Origin: Rhynchobatus australiae
Lineage: Eukaryota
NCBI GenBank assembly: GCA_034780895.1
Contig: JAUZTB010000063.1
Location: 15,059,485-15,123,484, forward strand
Length of the DNA: 64,000 nucleotides
Direction: 5' to 3'
The translations under genes and the position numbers were made by a program. Each line of letters begins with the position of its first letter. Position 1 is the first letter of the stretch. The notes beneath the pieces were generated by a model, which saw only the letters and a program-made list of their open reading frames with translations, searched no databases and was not told the DNA's origin. This document shows positions 39,186 to 52,089 of this stretch, piece by piece.

Positions 39186-39770
39186 TGTATAGTGGGGGAG
39201 GTTGTGGCTGTCACATGACAGCACTGCCCATTACCTGGTCAAAAGACACACCACTGCCAATCAAGGTTTGGCTCCACCCCACCCCTCAGTACACACCTGA
39301 CCATTGGTCCCTTTAAGCACCTTTGTACTTGGCCTTGGGCCATTGGCTTTTGTAAATCCCCCAGCCCTCCAGCACTATAAAGAGTGCCACATGTGCTTGG
39401 CCTGGTCTCTTTTGCCTGCCCCAAGGGATCACCCTGCTTCATCCCAGGCTGAGGAACCATGGAGAAATCGTTGGAAAGGTGTGCACTGTAATAGGGTTGG
39501 GAGCATCTTAGTTGGTATCTCTGGTAGCACAGAGTTGTGCCTGCGCTGAGTCAAGGGGTGGCGGGTATTGTATTGTTTTTCCTTGATTGTCTGTACCCAG
39601 TTTGTTGGGTGTGTGTATTTTACCCCTGTTGTGATTTTCCCATACTTGTTATCGACTGTGTGTGTTTTTTTTCCTGGTACCTTTTCCCCGTGTTCGTCTT
39701 TTGTAAATAAATCATTTATCCCTAAGACTGGGTTCAGAGCCCTTGCCTGAGACCCTGAATCTGTTTCACA
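39186..39770 (+). mobile_element. Solo LTR (~585 bp)
   Basis: TGT…ACA ends; CCAAT/ATTGG boxes; TATAAA at 39376; AATAAA at 39706; GC-richer than flanks; GTGCT on both sides (right copy offset by 2 nt). Confidence 0.75.
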
Positions 39771-39978
39771 ATGTGCTGCACCTGGGAGACTGGTGCCAAG
39801 TCAAAATCCAGCCACGGTTTCCACACACACTGAACTTGGTTGATTTCAGTTGGAAGATTACTGCATTTTGGGAGAAGGNNNNNNNNNNNNNNNNNNNNNN
39901 NNNNNNNNNNNNNNNNNNNNNNNNNNNNNNNNNNNNNNNNNNNNNNNNNNNNNNNNNNNNNNNNNNNNNNNNNNNNNN

Positions 39979-40112
39979 TCCTTGATGGTGGGGAGGGTTG
40001 TGTCTGTGATGGAGCTGGCTGCGTCTATAATCCTCTGCAGATTTTTGCAATCCTGTGCATTGGAGCCTCCATACCAGACGATGATGCAACCAGTCAGAAT
40101 GCTCTTCACCAA
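39979..40112 (-). mobile_element. Rex1/Babar fragment
   Basis: SILTGCIIVWYGGSNAQDCKNLQRIIDAASSITDTTLPTIK. Confidence 0.88.
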
Positions 40113-42114
40113 ATGGTGCAGGGTCTTGACCCAAAATGTTGAGTTCCACCAGTAGATTGTTTTTTGCTACAAAGATTTTAAAATTAATTTATTGCTGGCA
40201 GGGAAACTAAAGTCAGTCAAGAATCATGGTCAGACCCTTAGAAGCATTGATGTTTAAACATACCAAAAGCCAGCTATTGCTGCTGTTACTATTTGTATTA
40301 GTCTAACACTTTTAACATAGCAAAACTTATCAAGGTACTTCTCAGGTGTATTATCAAAAAATATTTTATGCTGACCCACTGAAGGAGAAATTGGGGAAGA
40401 TGTCTATAAGCTTGGTATAATCGGGTACATTTTAAGGAGAGTCTTGAATATCAGAGGAGAGGCTGAGAAGTTTAATGAAGAAATTCTGCAGTTTAAGACT
40501 TGCGTAAATGAAGGCATGGCTGCCAATACCACACCAATTCAATTTGAAGATGATCATATTTAATTGGTCAGAGTTAAAGAAGTAAACAAAAGGCTCACAA
40601 GGACAATTGCAGAACCAAGAGCATATACTAATTAGGAAAGTTTGGGGCTTTTCCATATGAAAGGGTAGGTCAGGAGCAATGTATATATTTCCACTTGAGA
40701 AGGACATGCAGGTGTGATCAGGATAGGAATGGCCTTGTGGCACATAAGCATCAGCCTGAATCAGTTGGGCTAAATAACATGTAATCAGGTTATTGTAAAT
40801 CAGAAAAAAGTAAACCCAGGAGTACTTTGAAATCAAAACACCCATTCTATATCTTTAAACAACAATAAAACAAAATCAAGTGATTGCAGTTGAATTCAAT
40901 GTGGATAACTGTGTCATGTACAAAAATAAGGAAATATAGCTAGAGCTTTCTGTTGATAAAATACAAAACTGTAAACCAGCTACATGTGGGGAGAATGTAT
41001 CATCTACAATGTGGTCATTCTCTCATTATGAGCCAGTGTTATAAACTTTGCTTCAATGTTATATTTACTCATGAAATAACAGTACATGCAGAAATAGGAT
41101 TTTTTTGTTGTTTGCACGTGGACATGAGGATTTGAATTGTCTCTGGGGATGTGCACACACAGATTGAAACCTCAGCTGGCAGTTGTTCCAAGCCTGCATT
41201 ATGTTGCTGGGGTATCGGCCGGATAACATACATGGACACACCACTTTCCCCCTCACAAAATAAGAGAGAAAATGAATGCCTGTAATAATAACCAAGGGTT
41301 CAACACACTGGACTGTTTCAGAAACTCCTAGGCTGTTTGGTTGAGCTTACTTTGCAGCAGAAAGTCGTAAATCTGCAGATACAGGCATTTGGCTTCACAC
41401 ACTACATCTTGTCTATGCTCACATTCAGCTGTGCATTGAGGCAAAGACTCTTCTTCATGTTCTGAAGTGCTCAGAAAGGCTGGCAGATCGGTATCCTCAG
41501 TCTTCAGTCACCTAGAGTTTGCTCCAAAGCCCCCTGCTAATGTTGATAAATTATTGGGCATGCTGCATCAGGTACGATGATCATGCCTTGGATTATATGA
41601 ATCAGGATGCATCTATTCTTCAGGGCTGCCTAGATATACTCCAGTATCTAATTTACCTTATTAATAATTGTTTTAATTAGTTGGTTTCACCTTTAAACTT
41701 TCAACCTGAATTTCTTAATTTTATTTCCCTTTGATTATCTGGAAATAAGGGAATTACCCCTTAAACTTTTGCATTTGCTGAACATGTTTGTTGGTCAGGA
41801 ATGGAGACTGTCCAAAAGGACAGTTGTGCTGGTTAAGGGCTGTTATTTTCATCATAGGAGTTTTTCTTTAATCTCAGAACTGAAATTCAAAAGGTACAAA
41901 TTAATCATCAACCCAAACAATGTTTTGGGATATTGGAGTACAGCAGATGTTACAGAACTCAGAAGTGAAACAATTGCTGATTTATTATTTTGTTAGATGA
42001 ATTTCAGCACCCTTAACCAAAACTTGAAGCTGTTTATTCTCACTTCTTTGTCCAATAACTAATTCTCAATCCATGTCAGTACATTGCCCCCAATTCTGTG
42101 CGCTAACCTTGTTG

Positions 42115-42457
42115 ATCTCTGGGGTGGAAGTCCACAGATCCCTGAAAGTGGCAACATGAGTAAATGTGGTGGTAAAAAAGGCATATGGCATGCTAGCATT
42201 CATTGGTTGGGGCATTGAGTATAAAAGCTGGCAAGAATGTTGCAGCTATATAAAACTTTATTCAGGCCACATTTGTATTGTATGCATTTCTTGTTGGAAG
42301 GATGTGGAGGCTTTGGAGAGGTTGCTGAAGAGGTTCAGCCGGATGTTGAGGAGTATGAGCTAAAAGGAGAGATTGAATAAACTTGGATAATTTTCTCTGG
42401 AGCATCGGAGGCTGAGGAAGTGACCTGATAGACGTACATAAAATTGAGAGGCACAGA
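42115..42457 (+). mobile_element. CR1 RT C-terminal fragment
   Basis: VVKKAYGMLAFIGWGIEYKS…WKDVEALERLLKRFSRML. Confidence 0.9.
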
Positions 42458-44189
42458 NNNNNNNNNNNNNNNNNNNNNNNNNNNNNNNNNNNNNNNNNNN
42501 NNNNNNNNNNNNNNNNNNNNNNNNNNNNNNNNNNNNNNNNNNNNNNNNNNNNNNNNNAAATCACTCCTGTCCCCAGCTCTGCTTTGAAATCTTGGTCCCT
42601 TTTTAGGAATATTAATATCATACAGTTTGCTGATTATTATTTTTTTTCCTCCCCAAAGTTAACAGATTGCAGCTGTTCATCCTCCTTTGAACAGCATGTA
42701 TATTACCATGTCAGCAGTTTTCACAGTTCAAACAGACGGCCTGGATTTGCCTGAAAGTACATGGACAATATTTGTATGTACGTGATGATTCCAGCTCACT
42801 GACTCAAAATCCAGTGAAGGTACAGCTAAACATGTACTGCAGATGAGCCCCACTTAAGAAACCCCAAAATGGCCTGCAACCATACAATTGAAACTGGTAG
42901 TAAAGCTTTTTTTTGTCTTCTTTATAAGAAATGAGGGTGATTAGTGCTTTCTGAAGTTTCATTGTGCGGTCAAATGTCCTTGAGTAAAATCACCTATATG
43001 CATTATAGATTTTGTTCAGCTTCTATTGGGCAAAATGTTCTTCGTTACTGTGATAGGTCCAGAGGATTACAGTAGGCAGTAGTCTGAGGCTGATAGCACG
43101 AGAGAAAATAAGGTGTTTTTGCTTTAACAGGCATTCAGGGATATTGGTTAAGTATTCCACTATGCCACTGAGGTCCTGCTTCTAGGGAGGAAAGTTGAGT
43201 TATGTTCAATCTCCATGCAGGAATTTGCAAATAATGTTGATACAGGCCTGGGGTCTCGTTTGTCTGCTGGCTGGCTGGGTGGCTGGGTGAGATGTGGTAA
43301 GTGATTATCGGTGAAAAATAATTTAATTAAAACAGGTGTTTTAATACTCCATTAATAAAAGAAGCCTTCTGCGATGTGTGAAATTGATGGTGCATGATCT
43401 TAGTTTGTATTCTTCCATCAACATCCATAACTATGCCTTGAAGATTCTACTGCATGAAATGTTCCCATAGAAATACCCATGAGCAGGAGGTGAACAGGCT
43501 GCAAAGTCATTAGCATTTCTAAAATAAGAAAAACAAGAACAGGAGCATGTTGGATATTGGTAGGAGTGACGGCTGCTCAGCCCTTGTGTTGACAATTTCC
43601 TGACTTTATACAGATGATACCCTGTCGCGTTTTAGCACTGCCATCATGCTAACTGCAATAGATTCAGAATGAGTGATGGACCTGAAAACATTCCCACAGT
43701 TGCTGCTTGATCTGTTGACCATTTTCAGCATTTTCTGTTTTTACTTTAGACTCAACAGGTCTGGCAGCTCAAAGCTGGTCAACCAGAAGTGAGTCATTGG
43801 GAGCCTCAGAACTGCAGTCTAAATTCCACCATAATCTGTCACCACATTACTTTTAAACCAGGGACTAATCCTGAATCAATAATGTAGCAGAAGGGCACCA
43901 TGCATGTCTAAAATTGAGATTTTGACACAGGAATTCCCATGGCAGCTGGCAGTAGTCTCAGCTGCAACCAACCAGGAAAGCTCTTTCAATGCAGTTACCG
44001 ATTTGGAATCTACCTGGGAATCTACCCATGAAATGCAGGACAAGTCGAATCAAGCTCATTACTAACCTCAATCATTAGTAAATTTTGGGGAAGTGTTATT
44101 GACAATGCCATCAATTACCATTTACTGATAAGTTGTTTAAGGATGCCTCCGGGGTTTTCTCAGACGATTTAATTCTAAACTTCATTATC

Positions 44190-44470
44190 ACCTGGCCCAA
44201 GCATGGACCAAAGAGCTGAATTCCAGGGGTGAGGCCAGAGTGAATGCTCCAGCTATCAAGACAGATTTTGACTCTGTAGTAAAATATGAAGTCATTTAGA
44301 AATGAAGGGAAATGATCCACTGGCTGAATCATACCTCATATAAAAGGAGACTTTCGTGGTTATGGAGACTAATTATTACTGTCCTAGCACATTGCTGCAG
44401 GAGTTTCTCAAGGCAATCTGCTGAGCTCATTCCTCTTCAGCTGTTACATCAATGGCCTTCTTCCCATCCA
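44190..44470 (+). mobile_element. L2-group RT fragment
   Basis: QAWTKELNSRGEARV…AGVSQGNLLSSFLFSCYINGL (GVPQGS-like motif). Confidence 0.6.
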
Positions 44471-44593
44471 TAGGTTCAATGCTGGATATCTCCAGAGATG
44501 AACCTTCAAATGGAAATTATAATTCAATACATTTACAATTTACAACATACAACCCTATTTTCCTTATGGTGTTAACTTACACTGGGATAATTA

Positions 44594-45670
44594 GAACAAA
44601 GGATGTTGAACAGTATGACACAGGAACAGGCCCTTTGGCCCACAATGTCTGTGCTAGCCATGATGACAAATTAAACTAATCCCATCTGCCTGTACATGAC
44701 CTATTTACCTCCATTCCCTGCATCTTCATGAGTCTGTCCACATGCTGCTTTAACGTTGCTATCGTATCTGCTTCCACCACTTCCCTGGCAGCATGTTCTG
44801 GGCACCTACCCCACAATGTGTGGGGGGAGGTGAGAAAAATTGCCTCACGCGTCTCCTTTAAACTTCCCCCCCCTCTTATCTTAAAGTTGTGTCTCTAATA
44901 TTTGATATTTCCATCCTTGGATAAAGACTCTATCTACCCTATCTATGCCTCTCGTAATTTATAAACTTCTAAGATGGCAGAGGTTTAAGATCAGAGGTGA
45001 AAGATTTAAAGGGACATCAGGGGCAGCTTCTTTATGCAAAGGATGGTGCGTATTTGGGCCAACCGGAGGCAGATGGGACCAGCTCATTGGGCAACACAGT
45101 CAGTGTGGGCGAGTTGGGCCAAAGGGCCTGTTTCCCTGTTGTATGACTCTAGGAGGACTTCCCTCAGTCTCCAATGTCCATAGAAAACAATGCAAGTTTG
45201 AACAATCTCTCCTTATAGCTAATACTCTCTAATCTAACCAAGATCCTGGTGAACCTCTTCTGCACCCTCTCCAAACCCTCCACATTCTTCCTTCCTTTGG
45301 CAACCAGAACTGCATACAATACTCCAAATGTGGCCTAACCAAAGTTTTATACAACTGCAATATGACTTCCTGACTTTTATATTCAACACCCCATCCAATG
45401 AAAGCAAACATGCTGTACGCCTTCTTTATCACCCCATCTACTAGTGTTGCCACTTTCAGGGAGCTATGGGCGTGCACCTCAAGATCCCTCTGTACATCAA
45501 TTTACTATATACACTCCCTTTACATTTGATCTCCCAAAGTGCAGCACATCACACTTGTCCAGATTAAATTTCCATCTGTTATTTCTCTGCCCATATCTCC
45601 AGCTGATTTTTATCCTGCTGTATCCTTTGACAACCTTCTTCACTATCCACAACTCTGCCAATTTTTGTGT
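44594..45670 (-). mobile_element. CR1 fragment with a nested opposite-strand CR1 3' end
   Basis: HSSLKVATLVDGVIKKAYSMFAFIGWGVEYKSQEVILQLYKTLVRPHLEYCMQFWLP; 3' end near 44600. Confidence 0.9.
44972..45152 (+). mobile_element. Short CR1 3' end nested in the minus-strand CR1
   Basis: RFKIRGERFKG… then ttgggccaaagggcctgtttccctgttgtatgactcta. Confidence 0.8.
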
Positions 45671-47846
45671 CCAGCTATTGTCTACTCAATTCTTTTAATG
45701 GTGTCCCAGCCCTTTTGTCTCAGGTTATGTAAGTGTGCTTTTTCTATCAGAGTTTTTACATTGGAGGAATGGAATCCATTTTCTGGTTTGGAAAATTCTG
45801 TGACCTCTCAAGGACCTGAAACCTTTGCCTCATTCTCCTAAGGAGATGATATCTACCCTACACAGCTCATTCAGCCCTTGTGCTCTTTTTTTTAAACTGT
45901 TGACAAGTTATTCAGTCTTGGCCTGGTGGGGAGCATCCCATACAGGTTTTATCATGCTTTTGACCAATACCTATGCAGAGGTGTGCTTCAAAGAGTAATT
46001 GAAACCTGAATTCTGATTTATTTCTCTTATCTCACCCCACCTCCTCCACCTCCAACTAAAGGAGCAGAATTGAGCACCGTCATTCAGACCATTCATTACT
46101 CCTGATTCTGAGATCTTTATAAAGTATCACCATAACACAAACAAAACTTATTAACCTTTTGATCCCCTCATTGACAAGACGTACCACAATGGGACAAAAA
46201 TTACTACAGATTGCAACATTTTTGGACAAGGATGAAGGGGTGATAAAGTTATCTAACTGCAGGGCTTTCAAAGTTTTAACCCTGAGTTCTGGCATGCTGC
46301 AGCTAATATTTCTCAGCATGTGGTCCATAAGCTTGCTGAATTCTGATTTATTCAGAATATATATTTTTGACTTTATGATGCATGTTAGAATGTTGGTAGG
46401 ATACTCTAATGTGACTCTAAAATAGTCATAGTATATATATTTTAAAAAAAGATTCAGGATTCCCTTGGTTTCCCAAAGAGGAGAGAAAAAGCTCTCATCA
46501 TTGAATTTTACAGGCACAAGTCCTTGGCTCTAATTAATCTTGTACAATATCTTGCATACCTCTGCAGATTGACTGCAAGTAAACCCACGCAGCATCAGAT
46601 AACGAGCCCCGTAGAACCCAGATATTAATCTGTGAGGAAGATCATGTGGATCACTTTACAAACAGGAGGAGCTATCGCTTATCAAAATGTATATATTTTT
46701 AATTAATACCACAAGTCTGTAGTAATGTGAGAACAAAACTTAAAATAAACTATTATGATTATAATCCCAGTGCAGAATATCTGGTACAACAACAAACCAA
46801 TTTTTCTTTGACAGTCCACATTTTCAGTTCATTCTCAGGTGGTGGTCATTGCTGAGAGAAGAACATTAATTTCTTGACCCTAATTGCGTGAAGGGNNNNN
46901 NNNNNNNNNNNNNNNNNNNNNNNNNNNNNNNNNNNNNNNNNNNNNNNNNNNNNNNNNNNNNNNNNNNNNNNNNNNNNNNNNNNNNNNNNNNNNNNNNNNN
47001 NNNNNNNNNNNNNNNNNNNNNNNNNNNNNNNNNNNNNNNNNNNNNNNNNNNNNNNNNNNNNNNNNNNNNNNNNNNNNNNNNNNNNNNNNNNNNNNNNNNN
47101 NNNNNNNNNNNNNNNNNNNNNNNNNNNNNNNNNNNNNNNNNNNNNNNNNNNNNNNNNNNNNNNNNNNNNNNNNNNNNNNNNNNNNNNNNNNNNNNNNNNN
47201 NNNNNNNNNNNNNNNNNNNNNNNNNNNNNNNNNNNNNNNNNNNNNNNNNNNNNNNNNNNNNNNNNNNNNNNNNNNNNNNNNNNNNNNNNNNNNNNNNNNN
47301 NNNNNNNNNNNNNNNNNNNNNNNNNNNNNNNNNNNNNNNNNNNNNNNNNNNNNNNNNNNNNNNNNNNNNNNNNNNNNNNNNNNNNNNNNNNNNNNNNNNN
47401 NNNNNNNNNNNNNNNNNNNNNNNNNNNNNNNNNNNNNNNNNNNNNNNNNNNNNNNNNNNNNNNNNNNNNNNNNNNNNNNNNNNNNNNNNNNNNNNNNNNN
47501 NNNNNNNNNNNNNNNNNNNNNNNNNNNNNNNNNNNNNNNNNNNNNNNNNNNNNNNNNNNNNNNNNNNNNNNNNNNNNNNNNNNNNNNNNNNNNNNNNNNN
47601 NNNNNNNNNNNNNNNNNNNNNNNNNNNNNNNNNNNNNNNNNNNNNNNNNNNNNNNNNNNNNNNNNNNNNNNNNNNNNNNNNNNNNNNNNNNNNNNNNNNN
47701 NNNNNNNNNNNNNNNNNNNNNNNNNNNNNNNNNNNNNNNNNNNNNNNNNNNNNNNNNNNNNNNNNNNNNNNNNNNNNNNNNNNNNNNNNNNNNNNNNNNN
47801 NNNNNNNNNNNNNNNNNNNNNNNNNNNNNNNNNNNNNNNNNNNNNN

Positions 47847-48430
47847 GTGTTTCTCTCTATAGTGACATCATCTAGAATAGCCAATAAGCAAACCGACGGA
47901 GAAGGTGGAATATTACATTTTAGACACTTAGACAAGTCTTCACAGATCTGGCCCCAGAACCTTTTGACAGGAGGGCAGAGCCAGACGGCATGTATATAAT
48001 CATCAGGTACGTTGTCTGTACACTGTGAGCATGTGTTAGATGGTGCGAACCCCATCCTGAACATTCTATAACCTGTGTAATGAATTCTATGGAGGATTTT
48101 ATATTGTATTAGTTGTAGGTTGGAGTTTTTAGTCATTTTAAATGTTTGTAAACATATTTGCGACCAAGTATTTTGGTTAAAGTTGATTGATAAGTCAGTC
48201 TCCCATTTCACAGTAGGTAAAGATATTGAGTCATCTATTCTAGACAGTTTCTTGTAGAGTTTAGACAGTAAATTTGAAGCTTTAAGATTAAGTAACTCTA
48301 ACACACTAGGTGGTGTTACTAACAGGGTTCTATTGATCTTAAATTTATTTTTAATTACAGATTTAATTTGGTGATATTCTAAAAATCTATTTTTGTCAAC
48401 TCCATATTGTTCTATTATTCTGTTAAATGG
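47847..48430 (-). mobile_element. L1-clade ORF2 C-terminal fragment (zf-RVT/CCHC), open frame
   Basis: PFNRIIEQYGVDKNRFLEYHQIKS…KWETDL…LQLIQYKILHRIHYT…CSQC…DYIHAVWLCPPVKRFW, with no stop in ~195 codons; the 3' part presumably lies in the gap. Confidence 0.92.
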
Positions 48431-48984
48431 AGAGGGTTTGATCTATTAGGCACAGAGCATTTTAAAATCCTAATCCCTCTGGTAGATCTGAATATTGTTT
48501 GAGCAAAATTGCTGAATTTCCTGTAATTAGTTTTCAGTTTATTTAAGTTCTGATTCAATCATAATCTAGGTTTAATTGAAATGGACTGCATTTTGTTAAT
48601 TTATCCACAATCTGGATTGTGAGGGCAGCAGGCAGCCTTTTTGCTCCAGGAGAACTCTGCCTTTTGCAGCATAACTCAGGATGGCAGTTAGCACATATTC
48701 TGTGTAATTATTGGCATAAGCCTGCTTCATGGAATTTGAAGGGTGTTGTTTCCATTGATATTATCATTTTTTTTGTATTTTAGTCAGCAGCAGTAGCTAG
48801 TAGTATGACATCACTTTCTTTTACTGCAAAATTAATGGAAAATGCTGGCTTTGAAATACTTATTTAAAATGAGAAAATATTTCTCAAACTAAATAGTAAA
48901 GAACAATTGACAATCAGTGTTGTAGAATGAGGATCCCTATTGGCTCAATCGCTGGCTGGTGCAACACACATGAGAAGGTTGTTG

Positions 48985-49120
48985 TCATGAAGGGTGTTTG
49001 ACTGGAAACCCTAACTCTTGTTTCTTTTACCTCAGATATTGCCTGCCTGGTCTGCTGAATGTTTCCAGCAGTTTCTGTTTTTATTTTGGATTTCCAGCAT
49101 TTGTGGCTTTTTGATTTTCA
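48985..49120 (+). mobile_element. Penelope-derived tail remnant
   Basis: catgaagggtgtttgactggaaacc…cagatattgcctg…ctgctgaatgtttccagcagtttctgttttta. Confidence 0.6.
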
Positions 49121-51899
49121 ACCAACGTGAAGCTGACAGGTTTGCCTATTGATTTACATTGAGCTAACAGGTGGTAGATGAGGCGTCAGTGTTGGTCTCA
49201 TCAGGCCTGGGCTAAGGAGATGGGGGAGGAGGGGGAAATCAGCCAATATTTGCACCCCAGCTGTGCAGGGACTTCTGTGGAAAGAATGCATATCTGTTCA
49301 TAAGGTTTTTTGGGCATCTGCAAATGATCGACCAGTTTATATGGATGAAGAATGGGCTGTTGGGTGAGGGCATTTATACCTGAGGAACTGCCAGTGAAAT
49401 GGTCCATTGAAGGAGTTTTGACTTTGTGCTATAGAATAAACAGGTTGCACAATGAATTGGCAGTCATTTTGCATCTCTGCCTATTATTGAAGGTAAAAGA
49501 AATAAAAAGGGTGTAAATTAGGCTTGATATTTATTGAAGCTTATTTTACACAAATGCAAAAGATCAAATTTACCCTCATAACTTCAGAAAAGTGGAAAAT
49601 TAAACATCTTTAAATTTAATATTATCTGCAATTCCTTGAGCCCAATAGTAGCATATTTAGACTCGACCGAAAATCTTGTTTGTAGCTTGAAGTTTGCCTC
49701 TCCAGTGGAGTCCAGCTTTCAAGGGGTTAATTATTTCTTTAAAAAAAATATCTTTAGTTTTCGGCCCTTCTGTGGTAGCATGCTGAAATATCTCACCTAT
49801 AAAGCCAACCTTAATAGTTAGTTGAGACAGTGAACGTTGTGCAGGCTGTTCACACAGACATGCAGGGGTTGTAGCCAAGCAGAGTCAGTTCTTGGCATAC
49901 AATGCCTTTTCCCATGGAGAATACAGAATCTTTTGTGTTTCTGCACACAAAACTTTATCTCTTCCATTGGTTTAACTGACTAATCATTTCATTGCTGCAT
50001 GTGACATTTTGAGGTACACAATAGATGCTGTATATCCCCTGTATAAGTCACTGCTATTTCATATTTTGTTAGACTACTTTATTGGCAGTAAAGCACTTTT
50101 ATATTTACATTTTCCTTACCTTTCCCCTTTCTCATGCTGTTGCATTGCCCCAAATATCTGACTGATTTGTTCTTATTAGGTATGTAGCCCACCCCAAAGA
50201 CCAGGGCAATCTCAAGGCCATTTTAACACCATCTCCACTCTACCTCAGATGATCTAAAGCATCTCCTTGACCTCGGATCCTCTTAATTCCTTAAAGAGCA
50301 TGCACTTTTGTAATCATCGAAGGAGCTTGAATAATATAATGAAAACAGTAGTGTCGAATACCACTTTGCAGTTTGTATTCAAAATTAATCCATGGAAATC
50401 CTGCCATTTAATGTGAAGTTTTGGAAATTCACTCCATTGCAGATTACAACACTGGAAAAACAACACAATAGCTAGTGGATATTAACTTGTGGTGGAGTGG
50501 TTAAGTGAAATGTTGAAGATAACATCAGGCATTAAAATGTCCAGTTTATATGTCAGTCTTTATTATCTGGATTAATATCTCTTTGTGTCTTGGTCAAATT
50601 TTGTTTGACAATGATACCGTGAAGAACCTTGGAGCATTTTCCATGTTAAAACTACTATAAAAATACAAGAAAGAATGTAATTTAAATTCAGAATTTGTAC
50701 AAGGGACATAATGGGAAAGATCTGGAAGATATTTTTCAGATAGTTAAAGTCTATGGAGCAGATTATTACTCATTGTTAAGTTAATCATTACATTTAATAA
50801 TCACCAAGGAAAGTATTAAAAGCTATACAGAATGTAATGCAATGGCTAAAATTCATTTTAACATGGACATGGATCAAAAGGCTCTGTGTACTGAAATACC
50901 TGAGAATTACAGTACAGCAACAGAGCTGAAATTGGGAAAATGTAACACAATGACATAGCACCCAGTTCAGGCTTTTGTTTGCTTGTGTTGGAAATAATAC
51001 TGTTTACAAAGGCTGCTCATTTCAGCAAAGCAGATGTACCAAGATGATGGAGAAGAAATTGTTCTCTTGTATACCTATTCCTGTATCTTTGATGTTCATG
51101 AAATTGCTGCACAGATCATTTGACTACAGTTTTTCTTTTGAGTTTCCATGTCTACTCTTTTAAATTTTCTTTTCATCTTTGCAACAATCCTCCTGAATAA
51201 GTGGTCTTAATCTTGCACATAATCCAGAAGTGAATTGAGCTCAGTTCCTGCAATTACTACCTATATATTCCAACAATGTTCTACAGACACAAGACAAAGC
51301 ATTTATTAAAATCATTCCAACCATCAAGGGAGATGCCCTCAATTATTTGCACATGTTTATTCATTTAAAGCAGGAGCTCAGAATATTTCAAACTCTGACA
51401 CACATACAAACAGGTAGTCATTCCAAAAGTCAGCTTTCATGGATGTGCTGATTTCACACATCAACAGAATGTGTCTCACTTGTGTCCCTTCCACATATGG
51501 CTTATCTGTAACTTTATTCCTGCCATCACTATTAAATACAAACCTTTCTCCTGAAAGAAGTGAGTGTTGGCAGAAGCTGTCAACAGGCATCAACTGCTTT
51601 CCTGGCAATTAAGAGCTTTAGATACCTTCATTGTTGCACAAGGTGCTACTGAGAGCTAGGATGTGAACTCCTACTTGCCTTTCTGCAAATCTTATATCAG
51701 ATTTTAATAATGGAAGAAACTCCAGATCAGTTACAACTTTTCTTTCTTGCATAGCCCTCACTTTTTAAATGTCATAAATCCCTTCATTGGAATCAAATCA
51801 AGCCATGTTGTTAATCCCTATGCACATTGACCCAGCCAGTTTTTGATGGATTTAACCTTGCTCTTTAAAGATGTTAGTTAACTCTAAATCAAGCCAGTT

Positions 51900-51980
51900 C
51901 TGCAAAATACAAAAAAATCTGGAAAACACCCAGGTCAGGAAACATCTGTGGAGAAGAAACAGTTTCAGGTTGTTGACTTT
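51900..51980 (-). mobile_element. Penelope-derived tail remnant
   Basis: ctggaaaacacccaggtcaggaaacatctgtggagaagaaacagtttcagg. Confidence 0.55.
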
Positions 51981-52089
51981 TTTTACCAGAACTTTTCCTC
52001 TTACGGAGTTTGGCCCATTTTTTAGTGAATTTGTATTTCAGCAGGTTTTTTTTAAGCAATTAATTTTGTGATTCCTGGTTGCATGCTCA

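Noticed and set aside
41340-41510. Minus-strand open stretch ending at a GTAAGC donor
   Set aside because: The nearest plausible acceptor gives stops in all frames; peptide unrecognised
46080-46517. 145-aa minus-strand ORF
   Set aside because: GTG start, no recognisable domain, no clear splice context; probably chance
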